From a virus (lineage: Duplodnaviria; Caudoviricetes): a stretch of 64,000 nt of DNA. Below, one piece after another: positions 21,523 to 31,597 of this stretch. How positions within the stretch are numbered: the stretch's first letter is position 1; the number at the start of each line of letters is the position of its first letter. The stretch is taken from the IMG/VR virus record IMGVR_UViG_3300021400_001310, positions 40,557 to 104,556 of that record; one strand, given 5' to 3'. Both the position numbers and the translations under genes were made by a program. The notes beneath the pieces were generated by a model. It worked only from the letters and a program-made list of their open reading frames with translations. It did no database searches and was not told the origin of the DNA.

Positions 21523-22305
21523 TTAATTATTGAACATCTGATAATACTCACAAGAATTATTTAAACCACACAGGTATTTACATCTAAAATATTCTATTTC
21601 TGGATTGAATTCATCTGTTTCTTCGATTTTATGAATAGTATCAATTGCCCATCTTTTAATTTCTTCATATCGTTCTAATCGAAAAGGTTCTTTAATAAAA
21701 TTATTTGCAAGAAAAGAATTGATACATAAATATTTCGGTAACCTTTTATACTCTCTTTCTATTGGAACTGCGTATAAATATAACTGATCAAGCGTCTTTT
21801 CGATATCTTTATCATTCTTTGTTAAACGTTTCTTTTTTGAACGAGGTTTTAATCTTTTTGACTTATGATCTACTATACATAAATCATTTCCGTCTAAACC
21901 TAAATAATCAATTACTCCGACAAAATTATAATTATTTAATTTAAAAAACTGTTTTGACTCAACAGATATTTTTTCAAGAGGTATAGGTTCAAAACTATCT
22001 AAATAACTAAGCCCATCCTTGATATATTTACAAACAGTTTGTTCGCTCGGACGCTCTCCTTTAACCTCAGATGAGAAGTTCAGTAAAAATTCTTTTTTTA
22101 AATCTTCTTTTTTTATCTGTCCATTATAGAATTGTTCTAACAATCCGTGCATAAATTTGCCGAAACTCGAATAAAACATCTCTTCGTTATTCGCTTTATA
22201 TATATATCTTAAAAAAAACTGATATGGACATTCTTCAAAACATTTAATACGAGTGTAGCTCCATGTCATCTTGTCTATGATTGGTTTATATTTTGCCATA
22301 ATCAA
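21523..22305 (-). CDS. PD-(D/E)XK exonuclease (AddB/Cas4-like)
   Basis: WSYTRI..CPY, GVIDY, IVDHKS, QLYLYA, C-terminal Cys cluster. Confidence 0.85.
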   Translation of the reverse strand: MIMAKYKPIIDKMTWSYTRIKCFEECPYQFFLRYIYKANNEEMFYSSFGKFMHGLLEQFYNGQIKKEDLKKEFLLNFSSEVKGERPSEQTVCKYIKDGLSYLDSFEPIPLEKISVESKQFFKLNNYNFVGVIDYLGLDGNDLCIVDHKSKRLKPRSKKKRLTKNDKDIEKTLDQLYLYAVPIEREYKRLPKYLCINSFLANNFIKEPFRLERYEEIKRWAIDTIHKIEETDEFNPEIEYFRCKYLCGLNNSCEYYQMFNN

Positions 22306-22316
22306 TTACCATTCAG

Positions 22317-22709
22317 TTAAAACGGTAACGGCTCGTCGTCGATATCTAAGTCTCCCTCAACGGGTTCAGGATCATCCTTTGAAACCGTTTCTTCATTCTT
22401 TTTATAATTTGAGGAAACAGATTCAAATGAAAAAACTTTATATGATATATACTCTCTTTTGGTTTCTTTGTTATAGGATGTTGAAACATCAACCTCTCCG
22501 AGTTTAATTCTATCGCCTTTCTTCAATGCTAATGCCTGCTGTGATACTGCAGAACCAAGACATCTGACAATTCCTGAAAAATCAGTTATGTATCCCTTAT
22601 CTTCACTTTTCTTACTAATTGATACCCTAAGTTTTGTTACATTGTTTGAGATTGATTCAACTTCCCAAACCGTAGCATATGCGCCATTTCTAAATCCCAT
22701 ACTTAACAC
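22317..22709 (-). CDS. ssb: Single-stranded DNA-binding protein
   Basis: OB-fold-like with acidic DDEPLPF tail. Confidence 0.75.
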   Translation of the reverse strand: MLSMGFRNGAYATVWEVESISNNVTKLRVSISKKSEDKGYITDFSGIVRCLGSAVSQQALALKKGDRIKLGEVDVSTSYNKETKREYISYKVFSFESVSSNYKKNEETVSKDDPEPVEGDLDIDDEPLPF

Positions 22710-22713
22710 TCCT

Positions 22714-23436
22714 TTAAAAATTTGTTTTCTTTAAAAATTTATTTTCAAATTCTGTTAAAATCTTTGAAGCCAAAACAGGTTCAGATACTTTTCTGTAATC
22801 TCCGTCTTTCACATACTGCGTCATAAATTTACGAACGTCATCTGTTCTTTCTGGATTAGCTGCCAAATATACATTAACATAATCTTTGATTAGACCTTTA
22901 ATCGATTCGAGAGTTGCTTTCTGTTCAGCAATTTCAGCTTCTTTTTGTTTAGAACGATATGCATCTACATCAGTTTCCATCTGTGCGATTTGGAAAAAGC
23001 TTATAAGAAAATATCTTGTACAATAAGTAATTGCACTACCGAAGCTTTGGCTGGGATCAGCCTGAGAACCAGTCAGGAACCACCTTACATCCATTCTATC
23101 ATCAGGATTATCGTCATTAATCCAAGTAAAAACCATCTCAGCGGTAACAAGCATCTCAGTTTTTGTTTCGTCATAAGTTCTTCCTTGTTTATCAACCTTA
23201 GTGCTAACATTAGTAATCGAACTAACTTCTCCTGTAGTTGGAACGATTGAAGGAATAAGTGAAACTCTGTATTTTTCCATACCGGCAGTTATCTTTGCAA
23301 GAATATTTGTGATATCAGAATACTTATAGTTGTATCCTTTTTTATCCTTCTTTACGGCTTCTGCAAACTTTCTGATCTTTGAAAGCTTTTGAACGAGATT
23401 AAGCTCGCTCTCTGTTGTATTATTCTGTGTTGGCAT
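22714..23436 (-). CDS. ERF-family single-strand annealing protein
   Basis: GYNYKY, QSFGSAITYCTRYFL. Confidence 0.85.
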   Translation of the reverse strand: MPTQNNTTESELNLVQKLSKIRKFAEAVKKDKKGYNYKYSDITNILAKITAGMEKYRVSLIPSIVPTTGEVSSITNVSTKVDKQGRTYDETKTEMLVTAEMVFTWINDDNPDDRMDVRWFLTGSQADPSQSFGSAITYCTRYFLISFFQIAQMETDVDAYRSKQKEAEIAEQKATLESIKGLIKDYVNVYLAANPERTDDVRKFMTQYVKDGDYRKVSEPVLASKILTEFENKFLKKTNF

Positions 23437-23462
23437 TTAATACCTCCTAATTAAAAATTACT

Positions 23463-23504
23463 TGAGAACCAACGGAGTTGAACCGCTGCACATCCCTTGT
23501 TCTC
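23463..23504 (-). other. tRNA minihelix-like remnant (acceptor stem plus T arm)
   Basis: GAGAAC...GCGGTTCAACTCCGT..GTTCTC with no D or anticodon arm. Confidence 0.3.
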
Positions 23505-23576
23505 GTATCGGGTATATTTTCTGTATTGATATGTATTAAGTAAAAAGATCCTTTCGGGTCTTTTTACAATTAAGTA

Positions 23577-24533
23577 TTAATAATAAAAAGCAGCTTTCCA
23601 TCTGTCATAGTCTATAGAATAGTCTGTAGCAATTTTTCTGATAACGTTCTTTTTTGTGCACTGAGCCGATATTAAATCATACTCCCTGCCCTCAGTATAG
23701 AACTCAGCTTCATCTATAAAATCAACAGGCAGTCCGGCAATTTCTTGTTCGTACTTACGATAGAATATCCCAGAATCAAATAGCCTTTTATAACTTAGCC
23801 TGCTGGAAACTTTACCATCGTTAAATGCGTTACGTATTTTTCTTGTTACTTCTGTGCTAATATAATCAATACTCCCAGCCGTTTCTTTAGTTCCTCTTAA
23901 TATAGAGGTTCCATTAAATCTTGGCTTATTAATCTTTTCTGCATACATAGGATGAATATATACAAAATAATCATTATTCGCACAAACTTTAAACGCATCA
24001 ATGGCTTCTCGGTATATCGGATATTTTCTTCCATTTAAAATAATACTCATTGATCTTAAATGGATGTTTTCTTTAGTAATTGACAATAAGTCTTCAATTC
24101 TGATTCCACTAAAAGCACACCAAAGATAGCATCTGTATACCGAATCGTGTGTGCCTAATGTCGGCGGATCAAAGACCTTATCAAGAAATGTTTGTAGCTG
24201 TAACGGATTGGCGACCATCTGCAGTTTGACTTTATCCAAACCGACACTCTCAATCCCTTTAATCGAATCACACGCCCCTGGGATATGATTGTTGTTTGCC
24301 CATTTAAAATATTCACGAAGAACATTGATTCTTGAAATATGAGATCTACTCTTCCTTGTAGAAATATTATCAACCACAGTTTGAAGTTTTTCTAAATCGA
24401 ATGTACATATATCAGCACCAATTTCCTGCTCCCATTTTTCTGTAGCATCAAACACATGTGCAGCATCTCTTTGAGACTTTAATCCACGATATCTCTCGTC
24501 GATAAATCGCTCCTTTATTTGTGCGTTAAACAT
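23577..24533 (-). CDS. Tyrosine-recombinase-fold protein, probable SPbeta MrpR/YopR-like repressor
   Basis: MFNAQIKERFI start, FSGIR, RLFDSGIFY; lacks canonical HxxR and LGH. Confidence 0.55.
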   Translation of the reverse strand: MFNAQIKERFIDERYRGLKSQRDAAHVFDATEKWEQEIGADICTFDLEKLQTVVDNISTRKSRSHISRINVLREYFKWANNNHIPGACDSIKGIESVGLDKVKLQMVANPLQLQTFLDKVFDPPTLGTHDSVYRCYLWCAFSGIRIEDLLSITKENIHLRSMSIILNGRKYPIYREAIDAFKVCANNDYFVYIHPMYAEKINKPRFNGTSILRGTKETAGSIDYISTEVTRKIRNAFNDGKVSSRLSYKRLFDSGIFYRKYEQEIAGLPVDFIDEAEFYTEGREYDLISAQCTKKNVIRKIATDYSIDYDRWKAAFYY

Positions 24534-24558
24534 AATGTCCACTCCTATATTTAAATTA

Positions 24559-24987
24559 TTATGCAACTCTATTTAAGTCTTTAGCCTTTTGCCATATTGA
24601 TAATAACAAATTCGGATTGATATATGCAATCGCTGATGTGGCTAATAAACTACCTTCAGCAACTTTGCTCATTTCGTCTTCGGATATGGTTGTTAAATAA
24701 ACTCCTATGTTGTCCTTCGACATCCTCTGTGGATTTTCACATAAAACAATGCTGTTATATTTTAAACCAGTATCGTCTGCTGAAAGAAATACGTGTGTCG
24801 GCTGACCCATTTTCTTAATTGCCGTGGTCAGAGGGAGCGCAATGATATTAGGACTATGAGAATTACCTACATTGTTCTGAAAAACCAGTCCGGGTCTCCA
24901 GCCCTGCTGCTCGCAGCCTTCTCCACTGAATTTCATAAGATATATTTCTCCAATCTTCGGAGATGTTCTTTTATTATTATCGTACAT
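24559..24987 (-). CDS. PemK/MazF-family endoribonuclease
   Basis: GCEQQGWRPGLVFQNNVGN, PLTT, SIVLCE. Confidence 0.85.
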   Translation of the reverse strand: MYDNNKRTSPKIGEIYLMKFSGEGCEQQGWRPGLVFQNNVGNSHSPNIIALPLTTAIKKMGQPTHVFLSADDTGLKYNSIVLCENPQRMSKDNIGVYLTTISEDEMSKVAEGSLLATSAIAYINPNLLLSIWQKAKDLNRVA

Positions 24988-25033
24988 TTAATGCACCCTT
25001 TCTTTAAGTATTGCTTTGTTATTGTTTGAGTGC

Positions 25034-25061
25034 ATTATAACATTTTTAAAGAATAAGTCAA
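25034..25061 (-). promoter_or_regulatory. SigA-type promoter for mazF-like/mrpR-like operon
   Basis: TTGACT-16-TATAAT with extended TG. Confidence 0.65.
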
Positions 25062-25083
25062 TCCAGTTTTTGTGAATATTTTG

Positions 25084-25440
25084 TTAACATTTCCTTGCAG
25101 AGAATGTATATTTAACTATTTTTCCTGTGATAGAAGTACAGCAAGCTACAAAAAAATCCCTAAATGATGTAGAAAAATCAATCTTTTCAACGTATTTAAC
25201 TGATCTAAGATAGACTTTAGAGTTCCCGTTTGAAAAAACAATATAGTTAGGATTAAAATAAAAGTCAATACTATTAAAAATACCGCTAACTCCAATACAC
25301 ATATTTTTATTTAAGAAATCATTATCTTCTGGAACTATTGAATATTCACAATATGTTCCGCTCTTACATATATCCTCTAATTCATAAAGCTTAAATTTTT
25401 CCATTATGTAGTATTCCTCCATTGACAAAATTACCAACAA
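25084..25440 (-). CDS. Hypothetical protein under predicted LexA control
   Basis: ORF downstream of SOS-box promoter; likely start at MEKFKL behind GGAGG. Confidence 0.55.
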   Translation of the reverse strand: MLVILSMEEYYIMEKFKLYELEDICKSGTYCEYSIVPEDNDFLNKNMCIGVSGIFNSIDFYFNPNYIVFSNGNSKVYLRSVKYVEKIDFSTSFRDFFVACCTSITGKIVKYTFSARKC

Positions 25441-25607
25441 TGTGTTATACTACAGTCGGTGATAACTTGTTTGCTGTCCTTTCATTAATAACTTTATTAT
25501 TGAATAGTATATTTTGCTTTCATTGTTGCGAACAGGTAATCATCAACCGGCAGTAGTTTACTGTTGGGCAACGATCTTGTTAACGGCGAGATCGTTGTTT
25601 TTTTTTT
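25422..25607 (+). ncRNA. Candidate ~150-nt antisense sRNA with own promoter and terminator
   Basis: TTGACA(25422)-18-TATACT(25446); terminator CAACGATCTTG/CGAGATCGTTG plus T run at 25569-25607. Confidence 0.5.
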
Positions 25608-25616
25608 ATGCGTTGC

Positions 25617-25664
25617 CGAACAAATGTTCGTCTATATAATATCACGCAAATTTCGGTATGTCAA
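25617..25664 (-). promoter_or_regulatory. SOS promoter with Firmicute LexA (Cheo) box
   Basis: TTGACA-17-TATTAT followed by CGAACAAATGTTCG at 25617-25630. Confidence 0.8.
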
Positions 25665-25687
25665 TAACAAATTTAGGAAAATATTTA

Positions 25688-26587
25688 TTAATCACCTTCC
25701 GAGACCTTAAAATCGTACTTGATTCCTGTTTTTAAATTGTCCGGTATATTATAATACTCTGGCAAAGAGTCGATGTACTCTAACAATAGAGTAGGTGTTC
25801 CGTCATCTTCCCATGCTCTTTCATAGTCTTGCTGGTATTTTCGATTCATACTCCATACAAAATCATGATTGCGACCCATGTTGTGATAATATAAGTTAAG
25901 ATATTTATTTATCCAGTCAAGCCTATAGCCATGTTCCGCATAATACTTTTTTAGATTATATTCAAGCCGTTGCGTAAATCTATAAAAATAAATCATTTTA
26001 TATTTAGAGTCATCAGGTGAGCTTAAGCAACTATAACTCAAGAAGGGTTCAGCTTGTTTATGATATATTAATCCATCGTGCGATAATAATAAATCCAGAA
26101 TTATTTCTCTTCCTGAATATGCATCTCTAATATCTGGTAAATATAATCGACCTTTTTTAAATGCTATCGAATTCTTTCTATCTTCATACGAAGCATTGTT
26201 AGGAATGTTGTTATAAAAATCTAATAAATATTCATCTTTTTCCTTTGCTGCGTTTTTATAATCTTTATCAGAAAAAGCTACAGGATGAAAAAACTTCTTA
26301 TAAGCTATATAATAATTATTGCCATAAATATACTTAAGGTCATCAATTACGTCACTGATTATTTCTTTCTGAAATGGTATAGTTTCTTTATTTGACACAA
26401 ATGTGGAATCATCAATCTTTTTTTTTAGTTCATGCTCCTTGTCATAGTTAGTAAATCTATTGTTCATATAAATACGTTCTCTTCTATCTTTGGCAATCTT
26501 TGCATCCGCATCAGCACTCTTACACATGTCAATATTAACCTTAATTATCAACGCTATAACCGCAAATACCAGAATTACTATGTACAT
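25688..26587 (-). CDS. Membrane-anchored hypothetical protein
   Basis: N-terminal TM. Confidence 0.55.
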   Translation of the reverse strand: MYIVILVFAVIALIIKVNIDMCKSADADAKIAKDRRERIYMNNRFTNYDKEHELKKKIDDSTFVSNKETIPFQKEIISDVIDDLKYIYGNNYYIAYKKFFHPVAFSDKDYKNAAKEKDEYLLDFYNNIPNNASYEDRKNSIAFKKGRLYLPDIRDAYSGREIILDLLLSHDGLIYHKQAEPFLSYSCLSSPDDSKYKMIYFYRFTQRLEYNLKKYYAEHGYRLDWINKYLNLYYHNMGRNHDFVWSMNRKYQQDYERAWEDDGTPTLLLEYIDSLPEYYNIPDNLKTGIKYDFKVSEGD

Positions 26588-26588
26588 T

Positions 26589-26930
26589 TTACGCCATAGC
26601 CTCCTGAACTGAATTTATCACATCGTACAGCGACTCAAGTGCATCGTCTAAATGACCAGCCGCATCTTCAATATTCTGAAATCTGTCCGTATCTGCAAAG
26701 CTCTCTGGCATATTATCAAGAGAATCCTGTTCTTCATCAGACACGTCAGATATTATTTGTTCCGCCTGTTCTAATAAACTTTCAACCTGTTCTAAGCACT
26801 CTAATGCCTTTGAAAGTCTCTTCCTTTTCTTATTGTTCATCTTATTAGCATCCCCTTTTTGTCCAAACGCTTGGATATGTAAAAGATAAGACAACATAAT
26901 CTTCGTTATATTTGTCAGTAATAATATCAA
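26589..26930 (-). CDS. Acidic coiled-coil hypothetical protein
   Basis: Likely start at MNNKKRK; DEEQDSLDNMPES motif. Confidence 0.55.
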   Translation of the reverse strand: MILLLTNITKIMLSYLLHIQAFGQKGDANKMNNKKRKRLSKALECLEQVESLLEQAEQIISDVSDEEQDSLDNMPESFADTDRFQNIEDAAGHLDDALESLYDVINSVQEAMA

Positions 26931-27213
26931 AACTCAAGCTATTGGATATAAGTTTACAAAATATTTTTAGATTTTGATATACATTTAAAACAATGCCGGA
27001 TAATTCTATTTTAATGTCATTAGTTCTTTCGTCAATGACCACAGAAAAGCTATCACTATCTATTTCATTACTTAAATAGTCAAAATAATCAGCATATTCT
27101 GTTAGAATACTGACATAGTTATCAATTAAGTTATATTCATTCTTAATCTTCTCGTTATAGAAGGCTACCGAAGCTATTATAATATCTTTACATTTTTCCA
27201 TATCTTTTATCAC
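26845..27213 (-). CDS. Hypothetical protein
   Basis: ORF in operon. Confidence 0.55.
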   Translation of the reverse strand: MIKDMEKCKDIIIASVAFYNEKIKNEYNLIDNYVSILTEYADYFDYLSNEIDSDSFSVVIDERTNDIKIELSGIVLNVYQNLKIFCKLISNSLSFDIITDKYNEDYVVLSFTYPSVWTKRGC

Positions 27214-27734
27214 CCTTCCTCGGAAATAAATATATCATTAAAACAAATCTCGAAATGAACTTTATTACCGAGTTTTCTATAAATAGAAATTTGAGATGCT
27301 CTACCAAGCGCAGTTGCAAATAAATTACTATTTATAAAATGCAAACTCGATCCCTCAATACATATTGTCCATTGGTATAATGCATACTGCATCGTCTCGC
27401 ACTTAATTTTTATATCATTATGCAAAGATATACAGTTATATATTTCCTTGTAAGATTGAAGGAAATCCTCAAATCTACCTTTGTTTAATTTCCACTTAAT
27501 ATCATTTATATCTTTTTCGTTTTCTTCATTGAATAACTGAATTAAGTTATTAAACTGTTCTTCTTCTAAAGCGTTTAGTTCTTCTTCTGACATATATTCA
27601 ATTGCTTCAATATTCAAAACTTCCTTAAAGAAATTCCTTAGTTTTTGCTCTTCACCGGAACCATCGTCTATTAGACTTACTCCATCGTTCTCTATATAAT
27701 CTTTCTTGTTTTCAATATTATCCGCCATAACCAT
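27210..27734 (-). CDS. Hypothetical protein
   Basis: ORF with GGAGG SD. Confidence 0.55.
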   Translation of the reverse strand: MVMADNIENKKDYIENDGVSLIDDGSGEEQKLRNFFKEVLNIEAIEYMSEEELNALEEEQFNNLIQLFNEENEKDINDIKWKLNKGRFEDFLQSYKEIYNCISLHNDIKIKCETMQYALYQWTICIEGSSLHFINSNLFATALGRASQISIYRKLGNKVHFEICFNDIFISEEG

Positions 27735-27779
27735 CCTCCATTTTTAAAACCATAATTTATATTATCATAAAAATAAAAA

Positions 27780-29054
27780 CTATTCAAGTGTTCTATTCTT
27801 ATTAAACGAATTCATCCAGTTTATTAATAAGTCCCTCATTCTCTTGCTCGGTACATAAATTGTTATAGGTTCACCTACTCTTATAGCGCTCCTCCAAATC
27901 CACTGAAGCATAGTCGATAACGCATATTTATCATCATTTAATTCGATTCCATTTCTATATAACATATTCTTAATTCCAACATTAATATATAGGTTTACGA
28001 CATATGCAAGGTAGTTCTTATATATATACTCATTCGTTGCTCTTAAATTAAATACTGTATAGTTTTTTTTATAACCATTTATTGTAATTTTATCAAATGC
28101 TGACTTAAAGGTACTCCAAAGTAGATGGACATCACCGTCTAAATATCCTTGTTTTAGATAAGTGTTTAACGCTTTTCTTAATTCTACTATGCCTTTGTTG
28201 CCTTTACTTCTTTTTTTAAACCAGCTCTCAGACAAACTGTAATCAGCTCTGCCAACCATTTTATTATTTTTAACATAAGGCTCATAAATCTTTATTTTAT
28301 CTTTTAAAGAATATATGTATTCTGGAATATAGTATTCTTTCTTGTTATCTGTAAACTTGATTTCGCCATCGATATCTTTGTTTATTCCAATATATTTATA
28401 TTCCATTTTCTTCAACTTAAAAAGACCCCATATAGGCTGTCCTTCAAAGAGATATGTTAGCAGTATCACATCTTTAAAAGAGTTTATAAATTGTGGAGGT
28501 AACGCCCAATAGCATTCGATTATATGGTACTTTCCATCATCTGATTGTTCGCAATACCATTCATACTGTTTTAAATCAATTTTACTATAGAGTTCTTTTA
28601 ATGACGAACCTTCATATTTTTCATCTCCCTTACAGAGCATTCCGTCTTCGTTTATATTAAAGCACTTACATTTTATTGCCATGTTGAGATCAAAATTGTC
28701 ATAATAGCATACATCAAATGCGTTAATTGCCTCATCTATTATCAAATAATACTCTTTTTGTTTAATATCATCGAGCATTTCGTCAGAGAAATTTTCAAAA
28801 GAAGAATGAGTTGTTACAACATTATTCCCTTCTGAAATCAGTTTTGCTATGTGATTAATCTTTTTACCATCGCATCCATCTTCTTTATTACTTGGTGCTA
28901 CAAAATTACGATCTGCGCACCCTTTCTGAACCCTCTCAACCTCGGATAAGTATGGTGTAATGTAAATAAATTTCTTATCTTTCTCCTGATTCATGTAGTT
29001 AATAGCGGCTGTTGTTTTGCCGCTGCCCATTACTGCATCACATATATAAATTAT
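27780..29054 (-). CDS. SF2 helicase-like P-loop protein
   Basis: DAVMGSGKTT, IIDE, QWIWRSAIR; likely ATA start at 29054 behind AGGAGG. Confidence 0.7.
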   Translation of the reverse strand: MIYICDAVMGSGKTTAAINYMNQEKDKKFIYITPYLSEVERVQKGCADRNFVAPSNKEDGCDGKKINHIAKLISEGNNVVTTHSSFENFSDEMLDDIKQKEYYLIIDEAINAFDVCYYDNFDLNMAIKCKCFNINEDGMLCKGDEKYEGSSLKELYSKIDLKQYEWYCEQSDDGKYHIIECYWALPPQFINSFKDVILLTYLFEGQPIWGLFKLKKMEYKYIGINKDIDGEIKFTDNKKEYYIPEYIYSLKDKIKIYEPYVKNNKMVGRADYSLSESWFKKRSKGNKGIVELRKALNTYLKQGYLDGDVHLLWSTFKSAFDKITINGYKKNYTVFNLRATNEYIYKNYLAYVVNLYINVGIKNMLYRNGIELNDDKYALSTMLQWIWRSAIRVGEPITIYVPSKRMRDLLINWMNSFNKNRTLE

Positions 29055-29090
29055 ATGTATAGCCTCCTTTTATTAAATTTTGTAAACCAA

Positions 29091-29118
29091 ATTATATTTA
29101 TTTTTGTTAATTTGTCAA
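29091..29118 (-). promoter_or_regulatory. SigA-type promoter
   Basis: TTGACA-16-TATAAT. Confidence 0.65.
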
Positions 29119-29148
29119 TCAGGTTTTTGTAAACAAACTGTTAATTTG

Positions 29149-30309
29149 TTATATTGATTTAAGAAGTTTTATACATTTAATAATTTCTTTGGCGGCTATT
29201 TCCGCCTCATATATGTTGTTTTCTCTGGAGAAAGAAACTCTAAATACCGACCTTGCTTCTTCTGGTGTCAGTCCAATACTTGTTAAAACATGACTTGGAT
29301 TTGTTATGCTATTATTGCAGGCAGATCCAGCAGACACGCATATTCCTTGTGAGTTTAACATAATAATCAATGTTTGAGTATCTATTCCGGGAACAAAGAT
29401 ACTCAAGATTCGATTTATTCCGTTGTCCTGATTTAGAAATTTCAGAGATATATTCTCCACCTCTGCTTGTTGGGTTAACATCTGAATAAAGTATTTACTC
29501 GTTTTAGATATGCGTTTATTTATATCTTTTCTATTGGATTTAAGCCATTCACAAGCACAGCCAAAACCAACAATACCTGCAACATTTTCTGTTCCGCCTC
29601 TCAGTCCAAACTCTTGAGCGTTGCCCCCATAAATTAACGGTTTAATTATTGATTTATCCCTGATGTATAAAGCACCTACACCTTTAGGAGCATGAATCTT
29701 ATGGGCTGAAATCGATACGAAGTCATAAAAATCCTTGGTGACATCAATATCCAAACAAGTTATTCCTTGTACACAATCAGTATGAAATAAAGAACCCTTA
29801 CTGTGACTTATATTACAAAGCTCTGCGACATTATTTATCGAGCCGATCTCATTGTTCATAGACATTACTGAAACCAAACCTGTATTCTTATCTATTGCTT
29901 GAGACAAAGAATCAGGTGATATCGTATTATACTCCCTGTTTGGGTATATTTTTTCGTGAATAAAATCCTCGTTTTGTGCTAACGCTTTTACAGAATTCAA
30001 CACCGAATCATGTTCAATAGCCGATGTAATAATCTTTTTTCTACCCACAGACTTGAGGTGTTCTTTCAATCCAAAGATCACCATATTATTCGCTTCGGTT
30101 CCGCCCGAAGTAAAGATTATGCAATTCGGATCATTACAGTTTATTAAGGCAGCGACTTGTTCACGAGCTTTATTAATTGCGTTTTTTGATTTTATCCCTA
30201 AATCATAAATTGAACCTGCGTTGCCATACAATGTACCGATATAAGGTTTCATTTCTGTTTCAACGACTGGATAAACCCAGGTCGTAGCAGCGTTATCTAA
30301 ATATATCAT
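29149..30309 (-). CDS. iscS: Cysteine desulfurase (IscS/NifS family)
   Basis: YLDNAATT, SGGTEAN, SAHKIHAPKG, SAGSAC. Confidence 0.9.
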   Translation of the reverse strand: MIYLDNAATTWVYPVVETEMKPYIGTLYGNAGSIYDLGIKSKNAINKAREQVAALINCNDPNCIIFTSGGTEANNMVIFGLKEHLKSVGRKKIITSAIEHDSVLNSVKALAQNEDFIHEKIYPNREYNTISPDSLSQAIDKNTGLVSVMSMNNEIGSINNVAELCNISHSKGSLFHTDCVQGITCLDIDVTKDFYDFVSISAHKIHAPKGVGALYIRDKSIIKPLIYGGNAQEFGLRGGTENVAGIVGFGCACEWLKSNRKDINKRISKTSKYFIQMLTQQAEVENISLKFLNQDNGINRILSIFVPGIDTQTLIIMLNSQGICVSAGSACNNSITNPSHVLTSIGLTPEEARSVFRVSFSRENNIYEAEIAAKEIIKCIKLLKSI

Positions 30310-30491
30310 CTTATCACCCTGTCATTCTAAATCATATCCCCAATGACAGAATCCTGTCACTTCGGTGATATAATCACTAATTTCATCTTCACACTCATAG
30401 TTATTTAATTCTTCAGGAATTTCTATCTCGTTGGGCAGATATTCAAGTTCTAATGGATTATCAACATCCCATTTGATATTTATAGCTTTCA

Positions 30492-30944
30492 TTACAAATC
30501 ACCCTTTAATAATTTCTCATACCATGAATCTATGACAACTTTAATATGAGAAGTATTATAATCATTAGATGTTGTATCAAAGCTGCCTTCTCCAACGTCT
30601 TGCTGGTACAACCAAGCAAGCTCAGGTGAAATGATTTTAAATTCATATTCGCCGATTGAGAAATAATCTCCAACTTTAAAATCCCCCAAATTTGAGATAA
30701 TTAAAGCGGGACGAATGCCGTAACTGATGCTGACATCGTCGCCATCAAGAAAGACATAGCCATTCCTACCGACGATACACGCATCATCACTGCTAATCCA
30801 GGGAGTGCGAAGCCACCAAGGATATTTATATTTTCTCTCTTGTTCGTTTAACAAACTTGATGCTTCATCTACAGAAAGAAGTGTTGCCCCAGAAAATTCA
30901 ATGTTATGAGACTCCATTTTTATAACTTTTTTATTTAATATCAT
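30492..30944 (-). CDS. DUF6273-like protein
   Basis: WWLRTP...GIRPAL. Confidence 0.6.
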   Translation of the reverse strand: MILNKKVIKMESHNIEFSGATLLSVDEASSLLNEQERKYKYPWWLRTPWISSDDACIVGRNGYVFLDGDDVSISYGIRPALIISNLGDFKVGDYFSIGEYEFKIISPELAWLYQQDVGEGSFDTTSNDYNTSHIKVVIDSWYEKLLKGDL

Positions 30945-31140
30945 TTCTAATTTCCCTCTCTTTCAAACAATCATCGTAGTTCTTTATTTCAATAAACCTT
31001 GAGCGTACTTTCCAGTAAATCCTATCCGAAATATTAAGTGCTTGCTGAACAGATATGTATTGTTTTGCTTTATTTAATATTGATGTGGTTTTAAAACCAG
31101 TCCAATATTCACCATTATCAAATCGGAGAACGTAACTCAT
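30931..31140 (-). CDS. Hypothetical protein
   Basis: Coupled ORF. Confidence 0.5.
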   Translation of the reverse strand: MSYVLRFDNGEYWTGFKTTSILNKAKQYISVQQALNISDRIYWKVRSRFIEIKNYDDCLKEREIRNDIK

Positions 31141-31322
31141 TTAAAGAGATCCTTTTCGATTTTATCTAATTTATATCGACTAACAATCGCCACAATTAAA
31201 TAAAATAAATAGTATGCAAAACCAATTATTTCAGGGAGTAAAACATAAAACCAATTCCAATCAATTTTTCCTGTAAGTTTAAGCACGATAAAAACCACCG
31301 CAAGTATTTCTGTAAAGCCCAA
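31137..31322 (-). CDS. Small membrane protein
   Basis: VFIVLKLTGKIDWNWFYVLLP pattern common in phages. Confidence 0.6.
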   Translation of the reverse strand: MGFTEILAVVFIVLKLTGKIDWNWFYVLLPEIIGFAYYLFYLIVAIVSRYKLDKIEKDLFK

Positions 31323-31327
31323 TTACT

Positions 31328-31594
31328 TCACCCCGCTTCTTCTATTTGTTGAATATCTTCTTTATTTCTATACCATCCGATACTTTGATGCCCTGTAACT
31401 GAGTTTTCTAATATCTCTACTGTAACATTATGATGAACTTCACACATATCATAAATATTAGGATCAATAGTAGCATACTCAATAAATTGCTTCAATTTTT
31501 TAACACATTTATTACATAACATATATTGAATATTCTCTGACACAGTAACATTTTGTAGCGTGTCTAAGTTCTGTTTACATCTATTACAAATCAT
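31328..31594 (-). CDS. Hypothetical Zn-binding protein
   Basis: Two CxxC. Confidence 0.5.
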   Translation of the reverse strand: MICNRCKQNLDTLQNVTVSENIQYMLCNKCVKKLKQFIEYATIDPNIYDMCEVHHNVTVEILENSVTGHQSIGWYRNKEDIQQIEEAG

Positions 31595-31597
31595 ATA

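Noticed and set aside
23577-24566. Second active integrase
   Set aside because: Canonical HxxR and LGH motifs are not evident and there is no adjacent att site.
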